A stretch of DNA of 64,000 nucleotides from Candidatus Uhrbacteria bacterium (GCA_016219925.1 JACRJU010000013.1:180472-244471), one strand, 5' to 3'. Counted from the first letter of the stretch, positions 39,375-50,553 are shown. Notes: generated from the sequence alone by a model not told the origin. Made by a program: numbers and translations.

Positions 39375-42050
39375 ATGATTCCAAATAATTTTACCCACAA
39401 GTCCCAGGAAGCTCTTCAGCAAGCGCACGCCATTGCTCTGGAGATGGGTCAGCAGGCGCTTGAACCAATTCATTTACTCTCTTCCCTTCTCTCACAAGAT
39501 GACGGCATCGTCGGGCCTTTGATCGATAAGCTCACTCCGATGCGCGATCATCTCCGTCATGATGTCGATGAAATTCTGGACTCTCTTCCGAAGACTGGAT
39601 CGACTCCGGCGGGGGGTGGCATGGCACAAATGTTTTTAAGTCAACAGATGGCGCAAGTGCTTTCAAACGCTCAAAAGGTTTCTCAAGAATTCAAAGATGA
39701 TTTTATCTCCACCGAGCATTTGTTAATTGGATTGTTGTCCAATAAACCCATTGCCCGCCTTTTGGCAAACTATCAGGTTGATGAAGAGAGTGTCATGCGT
39801 GCGCTCAAAGACATTCGCGGCAATCAGCGCGTGGATTCGCCGGAACCGGAGTCGCGCTATCAGGCTCTTGAGAAATATGGACAAGACCTGACGGAACTCG
39901 CGCGCAAAGGTGAGTTAGATCCGATCATTGGCCGTGACAGCGAGATTCGTCGTGTCATGCAAGTCCTTTCCCGTCGGACAAAAAATAATCCGGTGCTCAT
40001 CGGAGAAGCCGGCGTGGGAAAAACAGCAATTGTGGAGGGATTAGCTCAGCGTATTGTTTCAGGCGATGTTCCTGAACTGCTCAAAGATAAATTGGTTGTG
40101 ATGCTGGATTTGGGAGCCATGGTGGCTGGAACAAAATATCGCGGAGAGTTTGAAGATCGTCTCAAAGCCGTCATTAAAGAAATTGAAAGTTCGTCTGGCA
40201 AAATCGTTTTATTTATTGACGAACTGCATACCCTCGTCGGCGCGGGGACAACAGAAGGCGGTTCTTTGGATGCTTCAAACATGCTGAAGCCCGCGCTCGC
40301 GCGCGGCAAACTGCGCGCCATCGGAGCGACCACGCTGAAGGAATATCACAAATACGTTGAAAAAGATCCCGCGCTTGAGCGTCGTTTCCAGCCGGTTTTG
40401 GTGGAAGAACCATCCGTGGCTGACACGATTGCTATTTTGCGAGGCATTAAAGAAAAATACGAAGTGCATCATGGGGTGCGCATTTCGGATCCGGCTCTCG
40501 TTGCCGCGGCGCAGTTGTCCGCGCGTTATATCACCGAACGACATCTCCCCGACAAAGCCGTTGATTTGATTGATGAAGCGGCGAGCGCCCTGCGCCTCCA
40601 AATTGACTCCATGCCCGAAGAGCTTGATGTGCTCAAACGAGACATCATGCGATTTGAAATTGAGCAAAAGGCGCTTGTGAAGGAGGAAGATAAAACTTCA
40701 AAAGGACGTCTGAAGGAAATCGAAAAACAGTTGGCTGATTTGCGCGAGCAGGCCGGTGCGCTTGAAGGTCGCTGGAAAAACGAAAAAGAAAAAATCACCG
40801 AACTGCAGAATGCTAAAACGACGATTGAAAAATTGCGTGCCCAGGCAGAAATTGAAGAACGTCGTGGGGATTTGGAAAAGGTGGCGGAGATTCGCTATGC
40901 CAAAATTCCGGCACAAGAAAAGAAACTTCGGGAGACAGAACAGGCGTTAGCGAAATTGCAAAAAGAGCGTGGTCTTTTGAAAGAAGTTATTACCGAATCT
41001 GACATCGCCATGGTGATCGCACGCTGGACGCATATCCCTGTGTCCAAGATGCTCGAATCGGAAATGTCCAAGCTTGCGACCATGGAGCAGGTTCTTAGCC
41101 AGCGTGTGGTGGGCCAAGAAGAAGCGATCGCGGCCGTTTCCAACGCGCTGCGTCGTTCGCGCGCTGGCATCGGCGAAGAAAACCGTCCTATCGGTTCGTT
41201 TATTTTTCTCGGACCAACAGGCGTGGGCAAAACCGAACTCGCGCGCGCGCTGGCCGCGTTTATGTTTAATGATGAATCGGCTTTGATTCGACTGGACATG
41301 TCCGAGTACATGGAGAAACACGCTTCGGCCAAGATGATTGGATCGCCTCCGGGTTATGTCGGATATGAAGAAGGTGGCCAGCTTACAGAACTTGTTCGCC
41401 GTAAACCGTACAGTGTGATTCTTCTTGATGAAATCGAAAAAGCCCATCCCGACACCTTCAATTTGCTTTTACAGATTTTGGATGATGGACGATTAACCGA
41501 TGCCAAAGGACGCACGGTCAACTTCAAGAACACCATCATTATCATGACCAGCAATCTGGGATCGGACATCATTTTGAGCGCGGGAACAGTCGCTGGACAT
41601 CTTGGATTTGAAGATGGCGAAGAGACGCCTTCGGCGGAAGAAGAAGTGAAGGATCGCATCATGGGGCTTCTGAAAGAACAGTTCCGTCCGGAATTTCTCA
41701 ACCGCGTGGATGATGTCATCATGTTCCATTCACTTGCTCCTTTGCAGATCAGCCAAATCGTTGAGCTTCAGCTCAAGCGAGCGTTTGATCGACTGCTTGT
41801 TCAACGGGGGATTCATATTGATATTTCTGATACGGCAAAACGGCTGATCGCTCAAAAAGGTTATGATCCCGCTTATGGCGCACGACCGCTCAAACGTGTA
41901 ATCCAATCGCTGATTTTGGACCCACTTGCTTTAAAAATTGTGAGCGGAGAAGTTGGTGATGGTTCTCGGGTCTCCTTGGGAGCCAAAAATAACGAGATTA
42001 CCTTAAAAATCGAAAAAAGACTGGTAAAGACCCCCGTGGCGGCTGTATAA
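39375..42050 (+). CDS. clpB: Chaperone ClpB (two AAA+ modules plus middle coiled-coil)
   Basis: Double Walker A ([16 protein letters not shown]). The M-domain coiled coil distinguishes it from ClpA/C. Confidence 0.9.
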   Translation: MIPNNFTHKSQEALQQAHAIALEMGQQALEPIHLLSSLLSQDDGIVGPLIDKLTPMRDHLRHDVDEILDSLPKTGSTPAGGGMAQMFLSQQMAQVLSNAQKVSQEFKDDFISTEHLLIGLLSNKPIARLLANYQVDEESVMRALKDIRGNQRVDSPEPESRYQALEKYGQDLTELARKGELDPIIGRDSEIRRVMQVLSRRTKNNPVLIGEAGVGKTAIVEGLAQRIVSGDVPELLKDKLVVMLDLGAMVAGTKYRGEFEDRLKAVIKEIESSSGKIVLFIDELHTLVGAGTTEGGSLDASNMLKPALARGKLRAIGATTLKEYHKYVEKDPALERRFQPVLVEEPSVADTIAILRGIKEKYEVHHGVRISDPALVAAAQLSARYITERHLPDKAVDLIDEAASALRLQIDSMPEELDVLKRDIMRFEIEQKALVKEEDKTSKGRLKEIEKQLADLREQAGALEGRWKNEKEKITELQNAKTTIEKLRAQAEIEERRGDLEKVAEIRYAKIPAQEKKLRETEQALAKLQKERGLLKEVITESDIAMVIARWTHIPVSKMLESEMSKLATMEQVLSQRVVGQEEAIAAVSNALRRSRAGIGEENRPIGSFIFLGPTGVGKTELARALAAFMFNDESALIRLDMSEYMEKHASAKMIGSPPGYVGYEEGGQLTELVRRKPYSVILLDEIEKAHPDTFNLLLQILDDGRLTDAKGRTVNFKNTIIIMTSNLGSDIILSAGTVAGHLGFEDGEETPSAEEEVKDRIMGLLKEQFRPEFLNRVDDVIMFHSLAPLQISQIVELQLKRAFDRLLVQRGIHIDISDTAKRLIAQKGYDPAYGARPLKRVIQSLILDPLALKIVSGEVGDGSRVSLGAKNNEITLKIEKRLVKTPVAAV

Positions 42051-42059
42051 TTGCCCATC

Positions 42060-43490
42060 ATGGGATTTGCCAAACGGGTCATCAGTTCCTTCCTACTCGC
42101 TTCAACCCTTGCCTTTCCACAGGGGTTGTTTGCTCAATCTTTACCAGACCAGCCCCTTGATAGTTTTGATCCGAATTTCATCATTTCGGATCAAGACATG
42201 CTTGATACAGCTTCAACCAAAAAAGATGATCTCGCCTTGCTCCTTTCTCGTGGCTCGTTAGCCCAGTATTTCGGCCCAGATGTGAATGGGATTACCAGAA
42301 GCGCTGTTGATATTATTTGGAATGCCGCACAGACGTTTGGAATCAATCCAAGGTTTCTTCTTGTTCTGTTGCAACGTGAGCAAAGCCTTGTTGAAGACCC
42401 TCAACCCTCTCAAGATCAATTCGACTGGGCGATGGGTTATGGGGTGTGTGATGACTGCGCAAAAAGTGATCCGCGTTTGTTGAAATTCAAAGGCTTCGGC
42501 AAGCAAGTATACTACGCGGCCCAACGGATTCGTGAAGCCTTTTTGGCAGACCTTGAAACACGCGGTTACACCGAAACAGGGGTTGGACCCGGTCGGGAGG
42601 CGATCATTGATCAAACGCTTGTCGTTCCCGTCAATCATGCCACGGCGGTGTTATACAGCTACACCCCACATCTGCACGGCAACGCAAACTTCGCACGCAT
42701 CTGGCAACGCTGGTTCAATAGCACATTTCTTTCCGGCGCGCTCTTACAAGATCAAGGCACCGGCGGTATCTGGCTGATTCAAAATAGCAAGCGACGACCG
42801 ATCACTTCTCGCACGGCGTTTTTTTCGCGTTTTAATCCGGATCAGGTGATCAGCACGTCCTCGCAGACCATCAATCAATATGATCTCGGGGCGCCGATTC
42901 GATTTCCAAACTTCTCTCTTTTGCGTTCCCCACACGGAACGGTTTATCTCATCGACGGTGATACGCGTCGCGGATTTAAATCGCAAGAGGCCCTGCGCGC
43001 TCTTGGTTTTTCTTCGGACGAAATCGTTGATGTTCCTTGGGATGATTTGAACGTCTACACCGAAGGAACGCCGATTGATGTGGCAAGCGTCTACCCGCAA
43101 GGGGTTTTGCTTCAAGATAAATCAACGGGCGGGGTTTTCTTTGTACAGGATGGTCTGAAGCATCCCATCATGTCACGCGAGATCTTACAGACTCAATTTG
43201 CCAATCGAGTTATCGTGACGGTTGCCAGTTCACATATCGCAACCTACACGACCGGCGATCCCGTTCTTTTCCCCGACGGAACCCTCGTCGCCGCTTTAGA
43301 CTCGCCTGATGTGTTCGTCGTCGAAAACGGGATGAGGCGGCATATTACGGATGAAGCCACATTCGCTTCTTACGGATGGAAGTGGAGTCAAGTCGTTTGG
43401 ACCAATGAACGTTCTGTTTTGCTCGAGCCTCTCGGAAAGGATGTCACAACCGCCCTCCGCGCTGACGAACTCACCATCGCCACGCCTTAG
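42060..43490 (+). CDS. Secreted hypothetical protein with C-terminal repeats
   Basis: Signal peptide ending AFPQGLFAQ. Four or more repeats of about 45 aa of the form G-[TG]-[VI]-[YF]-[LFV]-[IV]-x-[DN]-G-x-[RK]-[RH]-x-I. Confidence 0.45.
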   Translation: MGFAKRVISSFLLASTLAFPQGLFAQSLPDQPLDSFDPNFIISDQDMLDTASTKKDDLALLLSRGSLAQYFGPDVNGITRSAVDIIWNAAQTFGINPRFLLVLLQREQSLVEDPQPSQDQFDWAMGYGVCDDCAKSDPRLLKFKGFGKQVYYAAQRIREAFLADLETRGYTETGVGPGREAIIDQTLVVPVNHATAVLYSYTPHLHGNANFARIWQRWFNSTFLSGALLQDQGTGGIWLIQNSKRRPITSRTAFFSRFNPDQVISTSSQTINQYDLGAPIRFPNFSLLRSPHGTVYLIDGDTRRGFKSQEALRALGFSSDEIVDVPWDDLNVYTEGTPIDVASVYPQGVLLQDKSTGGVFFVQDGLKHPIMSREILQTQFANRVIVTVASSHIATYTTGDPVLFPDGTLVAALDSPDVFVVENGMRRHITDEATFASYGWKWSQVVWTNERSVLLEPLGKDVTTALRADELTIATP

Positions 43491-43500
43491 CCATCACCTT

Positions 43501-44289
43501 ATGATTGTCTTTGCCGCTTTCACCCCGCACTCCCCTCTTCTGATGGATTCCATCGGAAAAGAAAATCTTAAATACCTCGAAGATTCACGAACGGCTTTGG
43601 GCAAACTTGCCGCATCGCTTGAAGCAAGCCGCCCGGATGTCATCTTTATCGTTTCTTCACATACCCTCCTTCATGAGGAGGCGTTCTCGTTGAATTTGCA
43701 CGATCAATATGTGGCTGAACTGAAGGATTTCGGTGATCATTCCACGCACAAAACATTCATGCCGGATTTAGAGCTGACGACCACCATCCAGCGTTTGGCG
43801 CGCACCTCTCAAATCCCGTTCGTTTTGGAGTCGTATGAATCGCTCGATTATGGGAGCAGTGTTCCTCTGTTGTTGTTAACACAGAGAATTCAACCGAAGT
43901 TGATCCCTATTGCTTATGCGGGCATGGACCGCAAAGCGCACATGGCTTTTGGTCGTCTTCTCAAGGAAGTGGCTTTGATGAGTGATAAGCGCATTGCCGT
44001 TATTGCCTCCGGAGACTTGGCGCATAGTTTGACCTCGGAAGCTCCTGTGGGTTTTCGCAAAGAAGGCAAACAGTTTGATGAAACTCTCGTGCGTTGTGTT
44101 GAACAGTTTTCTGCCTCAGCTCTTTTGTCCCTTGATGAAGAAATCATTGAGCAATCCGCGCAGTGCGCCCTCAAGCCGATGCTCGTCCTGCTCGGCCTGC
44201 TTGAACGCATGCATGTGCGCAGTGAACTCTTATCTTATGAAGCCCCGTTTGGTGTTGGTTACTTGGTGGCGCAATTTCATGTGCTATGA
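43501..44289 (+). CDS. Hypothetical protein, possibly class III extradiol dioxygenase/Memo-like
   Basis: Weak resemblance of AAFTPHSPLL and His/Asp positions to the LigB/Memo superfamily. Low confidence. Confidence 0.3.
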   Translation: MIVFAAFTPHSPLLMDSIGKENLKYLEDSRTALGKLAASLEASRPDVIFIVSSHTLLHEEAFSLNLHDQYVAELKDFGDHSTHKTFMPDLELTTTIQRLARTSQIPFVLESYESLDYGSSVPLLLLTQRIQPKLIPIAYAGMDRKAHMAFGRLLKEVALMSDKRIAVIASGDLAHSLTSEAPVGFRKEGKQFDETLVRCVEQFSASALLSLDEEIIEQSAQCALKPMLVLLGLLERMHVRSELLSYEAPFGVGYLVAQFHVL

Positions 44290-46115
44290 TCGCTGAAGTT
44301 TATCCTCTGCGACGATTATCGCGCGCGATCCCTTTTTTTGACTACGAGATTCCGACGGATCTTGTGCTCAAGCGCGGGGATTTTGTTTGGATCCCTTTGC
44401 GCCAACGAGAAGTTCTCGGAGTGGTGAAACGGGTAAAACCCTCTCGACCAAGAGGCCTCCGCCTCAAACAAATTGCTTGCGTCAGTTCCGTAGCCGCATT
44501 GAGGGAGGAAGAGCTCTCTTTTTTTGAATCTGTCGCGATCTCTCTGGCTCAACCGGTGGCAAATCTGCTTTTTACCTCTCTGCCACAACCGTCGAAAAAA
44601 ACTTCTGTTTTTGTCGCACCCGTTTACAATTCGTCCCCGCTCACGATTCCCTCAAAAGAGGCTCCAACCGTGGCGCGCTTGGCGTCTGCGTTATGTGAAC
44701 GTCGCGAATCATTTGTGCAGGTCCCTGATTTGCGACGAGCCGCCTGCGTGATCGCTTGTGCTCTTGGGCAAAAACCGTCTGGCAAATATCTTCTCATGTG
44801 TCCCCATGTGATCGATGCTCGGCGTCTCGCAGATGCGTTATCAGTATTTTCGCCTTTATGCGTTACGGGTGAGGAATCTGCATCGAAACGATTTGGCCTG
44901 TGGGAAGCCTATCGTTGCGCAGATCAAGCTCTCTTAATCACCACACGTACGGGCGTCTTTTGGGCGGACGCCAAGACGGATGGACTGTTTGTGGTACGAA
45001 GCAGTCATCCCGATCATGTTCAGCACGACCGTAACCCTCGTTTGGATTCGCGCAGGATTGCTCAAACATTTGCCCGCGCGTTCACCGCGAGTTTAACTTT
45101 TTTTGATGTTTGTCCTCGTGTCGAAGATCTGGCCTGCTTCGCACAAGAGGCGATTTTCAGTTACTCCATTTCTTCAGAAGTCCGGATCATTGATATCACG
45201 CGTGAACGACCTGTTTCAGGTGATGTGACTCTTATGCCAAGCGTTGTGACAGCCATAGAAGAAACCATCCAAAAAGGACAGCGTGTGTTGCTGGTATTTA
45301 ATCGCAAGGGATTTGCGGCCCGATGGCGATGCCAAGATTGTGGAAACACGATTGATTGTCCGCTTTGTGGCGGAGCCGCGAGTGCCGGAGAGCACACATT
45401 GGTTTGTGCTCGTTGTCTTCGCACCCAGGCCGTACCTCTCGCTTGTCCGACGTGCCACAGTCCGCAGGTGCGCGCAAGAGGCTATGGAAATGAACGACTT
45501 GCCCAGACTCTCCAACGTCTCTTTCCAAACCAGAGCCTTTGTATTGTTGACAGCGAACATCCCGAATCGTCCAAGGCACAAATCACTCTTGCCACACAAT
45601 ACGACATCGAAAATCATTTCGATCCCTTTCATCCTGACCCCCTTGGACTCGTCGTTCATCTCAATCCGGATGCTCCACTCTTCTCGCCAGATTTTCGTTC
45701 TAGCCAACGAGCTCTTTGGTCTGTTTATGAATGGCTTGGCGTTGCTCATGCCAGCGGCGCGGCGTATTGGCTTTCTTCTGAAGAGCAAGAATTCTTTGCG
45801 AGTGCTTTGAACGATCCCCTTCCGGTTTTACAAGCCGAACTTGCGTTTCGCAAACACTATGGTCAGCCACCCTTTTCCGTTTGGGCAATGGTGACATTCA
45901 AAGAATCCGAAAAACATAAGCGTGAACAAGAAGTTCATATGCTCAAACAATCCCTTGAGGCCATCGAGACAACGAAAGTGAGTGCCCTTTCATCAGATTC
46001 GGTCGATCAAGCTCGTTTGCGCGTTTCCCTCTCTTCAGAACGCGTCCCAGAGCTTCTGGCGATCTTCACAGGCCTCGACGACCGCTATATCATTGACATG
46101 AACGCTTTTTCTTGA
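44286..46115 (+). CDS. priA: Primosomal protein N' (PriA)-like with degenerate helicase motifs
   Basis: PriA-type N-terminal DNA-binding domain and a Cys4+Cys4 zinc region (CQDCGNTIDCPLCG...CARCL...CPTCHS). Walker A is degenerate (GQKPSGKY) and no DEEH box is present. Confidence 0.6.
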   Translation: MIAEVYPLRRLSRAIPFFDYEIPTDLVLKRGDFVWIPLRQREVLGVVKRVKPSRPRGLRLKQIACVSSVAALREEELSFFESVAISLAQPVANLLFTSLPQPSKKTSVFVAPVYNSSPLTIPSKEAPTVARLASALCERRESFVQVPDLRRAACVIACALGQKPSGKYLLMCPHVIDARRLADALSVFSPLCVTGEESASKRFGLWEAYRCADQALLITTRTGVFWADAKTDGLFVVRSSHPDHVQHDRNPRLDSRRIAQTFARAFTASLTFFDVCPRVEDLACFAQEAIFSYSISSEVRIIDITRERPVSGDVTLMPSVVTAIEETIQKGQRVLLVFNRKGFAARWRCQDCGNTIDCPLCGGAASAGEHTLVCARCLRTQAVPLACPTCHSPQVRARGYGNERLAQTLQRLFPNQSLCIVDSEHPESSKAQITLATQYDIENHFDPFHPDPLGLVVHLNPDAPLFSPDFRSSQRALWSVYEWLGVAHASGAAYWLSSEEQEFFASALNDPLPVLQAELAFRKHYGQPPFSVWAMVTFKESEKHKREQEVHMLKQSLEAIETTKVSALSSDSVDQARLRVSLSSERVPELLAIFTGLDDRYIIDMNAFS

Positions 46116-46130
46116 GATCATGCCGCTCTT

Positions 46131-46604
46131 ATGTCAAACCTTCCGATCTTAATCCTTCCTGACCCAGCCCTACGGATCCCTTCGATGGAAGTTCCGATTT
46201 CGGAATGGTCTTCTTCGCGTCTTAGAAAACTCATTGAGGATTTGAAAGAGACGATGGCTATTGAAAATGGCGTGGGGATTGCGGCCCCACAAGTCGGCGT
46301 GAGAGAGCGTGTGATTATTGTGGATTCCGGTCAAGGCCCGCAGGCATTTATCAATCCACACATCATTCAAAAATCCTTTCGGAAAATCGAAAGCGAAGAG
46401 GGATGTCTTTCTGTTCCGGGGGTATTCGGCATGGTGCGCCGTCATCGAAGTGTTGTCATTGAAGCTTTTGATGAAGAAGGTCGGTCGGTAACGATTCGTG
46501 CAAAACAATTTCCCGCCATCGTGTTTCAACACGAGATCGATCATCTTGATGGTATCTTATTTGTGGACCGTGTGACACGCTATACCAAGCACCCCAAGAT
46601 TTAA
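46131..46604 (+). CDS. def: Peptide deformylase
   Basis: GIAAPQVG, EGCLSVPG and HEIDHLDG motifs. Confidence 0.9.
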   Translation: MSNLPILILPDPALRIPSMEVPISEWSSSRLRKLIEDLKETMAIENGVGIAAPQVGVRERVIIVDSGQGPQAFINPHIIQKSFRKIESEEGCLSVPGVFGMVRRHRSVVIEAFDEEGRSVTIRAKQFPAIVFQHEIDHLDGILFVDRVTRYTKHPKI

Positions 46605-46609
46605 TCGAT

Positions 46610-47623
46610 ATGACAAGGCTCATTTTTTTTGGCACACAGGCCTGGGCGGCGACGCTTCTTCACGCACTCGCGCAAGATTCATTTTTTGAAGTCGTGGGAG
46701 TTATCACCCAACCGGATCAAGCGGTCGGACGTAAACAACAGCTTGAGGCCAGCCCCGTGAAACAAGAGGCTTTACGTTTAGGTCTTCAGGTTTTTACGCC
46801 GAATAATTTAAAAGAAGAAGCTTTTGTTGAAAAGCTTCGATCATTGAGGGGTGAAGTTTCCGTCGTGGTGGCTTACGGTAAACTGCTTCCATCCACTCTT
46901 GTTCATTTGTGTCCTCGCGGAACGGTCAACGTCCACCCTTCCCTTCTTCCTAAATGGCGTGGACCATCTCCGGTTCAAGCCGCCATTGCAAACGGCGATA
47001 CCCAGAGTGGAATTTCTGTCATGGTGATTGATACGAAAATGGATCATGGCCCGATTCTGGCTCAAGAGATTATCCCGATTGAGGAGACAGAAACGTTTGC
47101 CTCTTTTATGCAAAAGGTGACTCAACGAGCCGTTATTCTTTTACCCCAAACACTGAAGGCCTATCTCAAAGGAGAGATCGTCGCTTTTGAACAAGATCAC
47201 GATCAGGCCAGCGTCTGTCGAATGTTGACGCGAGAAGATGGTCGCGTAGATTGGAATCAAAGCGCAAAGGCGGTCGAACGAACCTTTCGAGCTTATCAGT
47301 CATGGCCGGGTTTATGGACCCTTGTGAACCACAAAGGTGCCCCGATGCGTCTGAAGTTCAACCGGTTGGTTTTATCTTCGAAGATCACTCAACGAACTCC
47401 CGGCGCGCTTTATGAATACGGCGGGGCTTTATTTGCCGCTACAGCCGATGGGGTTCTTGAACTTCTGGAGGTTCAGCCTGAAGGGAAAGCGCCGATGACA
47501 TCGAAAGCTTTTCTTTCCGGATATCGGGATGTGCTGGAACCGTCATTTTTTGAAAGACCACAGCCGAACGATCTAAAAACACAAACGCAAGCAAAAGATA
47601 GCCAAGTCCGATCGGATGGTTGA
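46610..47623 (+). CDS. fmt: Methionyl-tRNA formyltransferase
   Basis: The formyltransferase core (HPSLLPKWRGPSPVQ) plus a C-terminal domain. Adjacent to def. Confidence 0.85.
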   Translation: MTRLIFFGTQAWAATLLHALAQDSFFEVVGVITQPDQAVGRKQQLEASPVKQEALRLGLQVFTPNNLKEEAFVEKLRSLRGEVSVVVAYGKLLPSTLVHLCPRGTVNVHPSLLPKWRGPSPVQAAIANGDTQSGISVMVIDTKMDHGPILAQEIIPIEETETFASFMQKVTQRAVILLPQTLKAYLKGEIVAFEQDHDQASVCRMLTREDGRVDWNQSAKAVERTFRAYQSWPGLWTLVNHKGAPMRLKFNRLVLSSKITQRTPGALYEYGGALFAATADGVLELLEVQPEGKAPMTSKAFLSGYRDVLEPSFFERPQPNDLKTQTQAKDSQVRSDG

Positions 47624-49007
47624 GATATGGCGAAAGCAGATGGGTCGTGGTCAAGAAAAGCAGGCCAGCCATGAATCCATCACCAATCCAAGACGAAGCC
47701 AGATGCGTCTGATGAAAAAATCCGCGAAAAAGATTTCCGATCAGCCAAAGAAAACCAAGTGGACCCATGAGTCCCATCTTCAACCACAGTTCGAGCCAGC
47801 CCCATTCCATCGATCCGGTTGACCACGAACCGTCTGGATGAATTTCACGGACACGTGGATCATCTGATATAAACGAAACCACAGATCCAAAACCGTGGCC
47901 GATGAGGGGATGCTGATAAATCGCTTCGGTCATCGGGCCGATGAGTTTCCAGCGGCTTGATATCGCCACATCTTCCTTGGTGCGATGACTCACCGCATCA
48001 AAAACATCCCCAAGACCGATGTGTTGAGAGGGAAACGGAAAGAAGACCGCGATGCTGATCCAGACGATAGAAAAAAGAACACTGAACGCTCCGAGAGTTG
48101 CAGAGGCTCGCCACACAGAGGCGGGCGTTTTTTTATACAGAGCGCGAATGAACAGCCAGAGGATAGCCACCACGAGGCCAACCCAAAAACTTCGCGATAA
48201 CGAAAGCAAGGTGATGGCTAGTGTTCCACCTAAAACAGCGCCGAGCACCCATCGATCTTTACCGTGCCAGTTTGATGCGCCTGCCAGCGTGAGGAAAAGA
48301 AGTCCACCCGTAATGGAAAAGAATTGCGTTTGTGAAAAGACGCGATAAAAACCGCTGTCGAATTTTGTAATTTCAGCGAGCCGAATGTCGCGAATGAAAA
48401 CATAAGCATTGCGAAGAAGCTGAACATCAAAGTGCGAAAACACGTATAGAAGGACGAGGGTGACTATGATATTCCAAACGAGGCCGGCGGCAAAGAGATT
48501 GAGCATCCATCGGCGTTCGCTCGCGCTCCACGAATGAGCAAGAATAGGAATGCCGTAGAGCAAATACAGATAGGCGTTTCCGTCTTTAAATGCGGTCAAC
48601 ACGCTCTGTGAAAAAAAACCGTTAAGTAAACCAATGCCAATAGCCGCGCAAAGGGGTAAGAGAAAATAGACGGCGGGCTTCCATAAAGAAAGACGCATCC
48701 GTGTTCGAAAAAGAAAAATGAGATAACCCACAAAAAATCCGACCAAAACAGCCATGCGCAATGAAAAAACGATTGGCAATCCTTCCGCAAATAGGAGATG
48801 GCCATGAGGATTTGAAAATAATTCCAAAAAAACCCCACCAAGACCCCAGACCGGTGAGAGACTCGATGCGATTATAACGGCCAAGGCCGCTACCGCAAGC
48901 AAAAGCCAAGAGAGTCCGAAAAGATATCCGACGATCGAAAAACAAAAAGTCAGAATGATGATCCCGAGGCCGATCCAAAAAGGTTTGCCGAAAAATTGAT
49001 CTCTCAC
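47439..49007 (-). CDS. O-antigen ligase/polymerase-like polytopic membrane protein
   Basis: About 12 transmembrane segments and a Wzy_C-like loop region (LSLSRSFWVG). Last gene of the glycan operon. Confidence 0.5.
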   Translation of the reverse strand: MRDQFFGKPFWIGLGIIILTFCFSIVGYLFGLSWLLLAVAALAVIIASSLSPVWGLGGVFLELFSNPHGHLLFAEGLPIVFSLRMAVLVGFFVGYLIFLFRTRMRLSLWKPAVYFLLPLCAAIGIGLLNGFFSQSVLTAFKDGNAYLYLLYGIPILAHSWSASERRWMLNLFAAGLVWNIIVTLVLLYVFSHFDVQLLRNAYVFIRDIRLAEITKFDSGFYRVFSQTQFFSITGGLLFLTLAGASNWHGKDRWVLGAVLGGTLAITLLSLSRSFWVGLVVAILWLFIRALYKKTPASVWRASATLGAFSVLFSIVWISIAVFFPFPSQHIGLGDVFDAVSHRTKEDVAISSRWKLIGPMTEAIYQHPLIGHGFGSVVSFISDDPRVREIHPDGSWSTGSMEWGWLELWLKMGLMGPLGFLWLIGNLFRGFFHQTHLASSWIGDGFMAGLLFLTTTHLLSPYLNHPIGLGYLLLAFVFLDRSAVVFQKMTVPAHPDIRKEKLSMSSALSLQAEPPEVQEPHRL

Positions 49008-49849
49008 ATGGGCTTAATCAAACTGGCAAGCAGACTCATGAGATAAAAAACCGGTTCAAGAATCCAGAATACCAGTCCAACCATAGGGCCATAATGTTTG
49101 CGCATATAGCGGCGCACACTTCGGCGCAGGACGTTCTGTTTTTGCACCGTGGGAACCCGATCGAAACTGCTTCCTTTCTTGTGACGCGCTTGGATTCCGG
49201 AAAAATAGTGAACGCGCCACCCGGCCTCTCTCGCCCGTTTACAGTAATCCACCTCTTCATACCAAATGAAAAAACCTTGATCAAGCGGTCCGATCGAATC
49301 GATAACTTTACGGCGGATGCAAAAGAAGGCGCCCATCACTTGATCGACATCGCTATCCTGACCATAATCAAAATCATCCATACGCCAGTGGGCAACCGGT
49401 CCGATGTTTGGCAAGAGGTGATGCAATTTGAAAAGCACGAGCATCTGGCTGAATGGTTCTGGAAAATGCCACACACATGCCTGTTGGGTGCCATCCAAGT
49501 TTTTGAGCGAGATGCCACCGATGCCGATGTCTGGATGCGCGCGCATCGCATCACGTATCTGATAAAGCGCCCCATCGGTAAAAATGATGTCGGGATTGAG
49601 CAGAACGATGAATTCATCATTTGCCTGCTGAAGGCCCAAATTACACCCGCCGGCAAAACCGAGATTGGTAGGGCTGTCAATCCAGATGACTTCATCGAAA
49701 CGTGCTTTGAGTTTTGACAGGTCATCGCCAGAGCCGTTTTCGACGACGATCACTTGTATCCCTCCGCGTTGATGGTACGCAAAGAGCGATTCAAGCATGC
49801 GCTCCAAATAGTCGGCTGTTTTGTAGTTGATTGTAATCGTTGAAATCAT
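49004..49849 (-). CDS. Family 2 glycosyltransferase
   Basis: ISTITINYKTADYL, VIVVENGSGDD and the DxD region. Confidence 0.75.
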   Translation of the reverse strand: MISTITINYKTADYLERMLESLFAYHQRGGIQVIVVENGSGDDLSKLKARFDEVIWIDSPTNLGFAGGCNLGLQQANDEFIVLLNPDIIFTDGALYQIRDAMRAHPDIGIGGISLKNLDGTQQACVWHFPEPFSQMLVLFKLHHLLPNIGPVAHWRMDDFDYGQDSDVDQVMGAFFCIRRKVIDSIGPLDQGFFIWYEEVDYCKRAREAGWRVHYFSGIQARHKKGSSFDRVPTVQKQNVLRRSVRRYMRKHYGPMVGLVFWILEPVFYLMSLLASLIKPM

Positions 49850-50553
49850 ACGAGATGATGTTTTTGTTTGATAACATTCATGGCCATTTTATAATCCCGA
49901 AGGGTTTTTGGCATCCAACCGATTCGATTCCATGGGAGACGATACATGATTGAGGGCATCCAAGTTGAGATGCTCGCGCGGCCATGGTCAGGGAGAACCC
50001 TGAACAGTTCTTTGTTGATTCCAATTCCCATTTGACCGTTTTCAAGAAGCGTCAGCCACAAATCCCAATCTTGAAATCGTTTTAGCGTTGGATCAAATCC
50101 AACAAAAGCGGTGCGTCGTATCAGAGAAGTGGTATGGATAAAATTGTGCTGGCGAAGAATGTTGGCGTCAAATGGCGTGTAGGCAAAGCGTTTTTTCCCC
50201 CAAAAAAAAACCCCGTACGCATAGGCCGCTTGAGGATGCGACTGCAAGGCTTGTTCCATTTCTTTTAGCAGATGGGAATCTGCTTGGATGTCCGCATCGC
50301 AAAAAAGAAGAAGATCGCCATGACTGTGTGCGGCGCCAGCATTGCGCGCCGCCGGAGCTCCCTGATTCGTTTGATAATACGATTGAACACGCGAACGATA
50401 ACGCGCGAGTAATTCTTGGGTAGCATCCGTAGATCCATCGTCAATCACAATAATTTCATCAGCCGTGCGGGATTGAGCGAGTAAAGAATCCAAACACCGG
50501 CTAAGGGTTTGTTCATGTTGATAGGTTGGGATGATCACGCTGATGGTGCTCAT
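49846..50553 (-). CDS. Family 2 glycosyltransferase
   Basis: SVIIPTYQHE...IIVIDDGSTD. Confidence 0.75.
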   Translation of the reverse strand: MSTISVIIPTYQHEQTLSRCLDSLLAQSRTADEIIVIDDGSTDATQELLARYRSRVQSYYQTNQGAPAARNAGAAHSHGDLLLFCDADIQADSHLLKEMEQALQSHPQAAYAYGVFFWGKKRFAYTPFDANILRQHNFIHTTSLIRRTAFVGFDPTLKRFQDWDLWLTLLENGQMGIGINKELFRVLPDHGRASISTWMPSIMYRLPWNRIGWMPKTLRDYKMAMNVIKQKHHLV

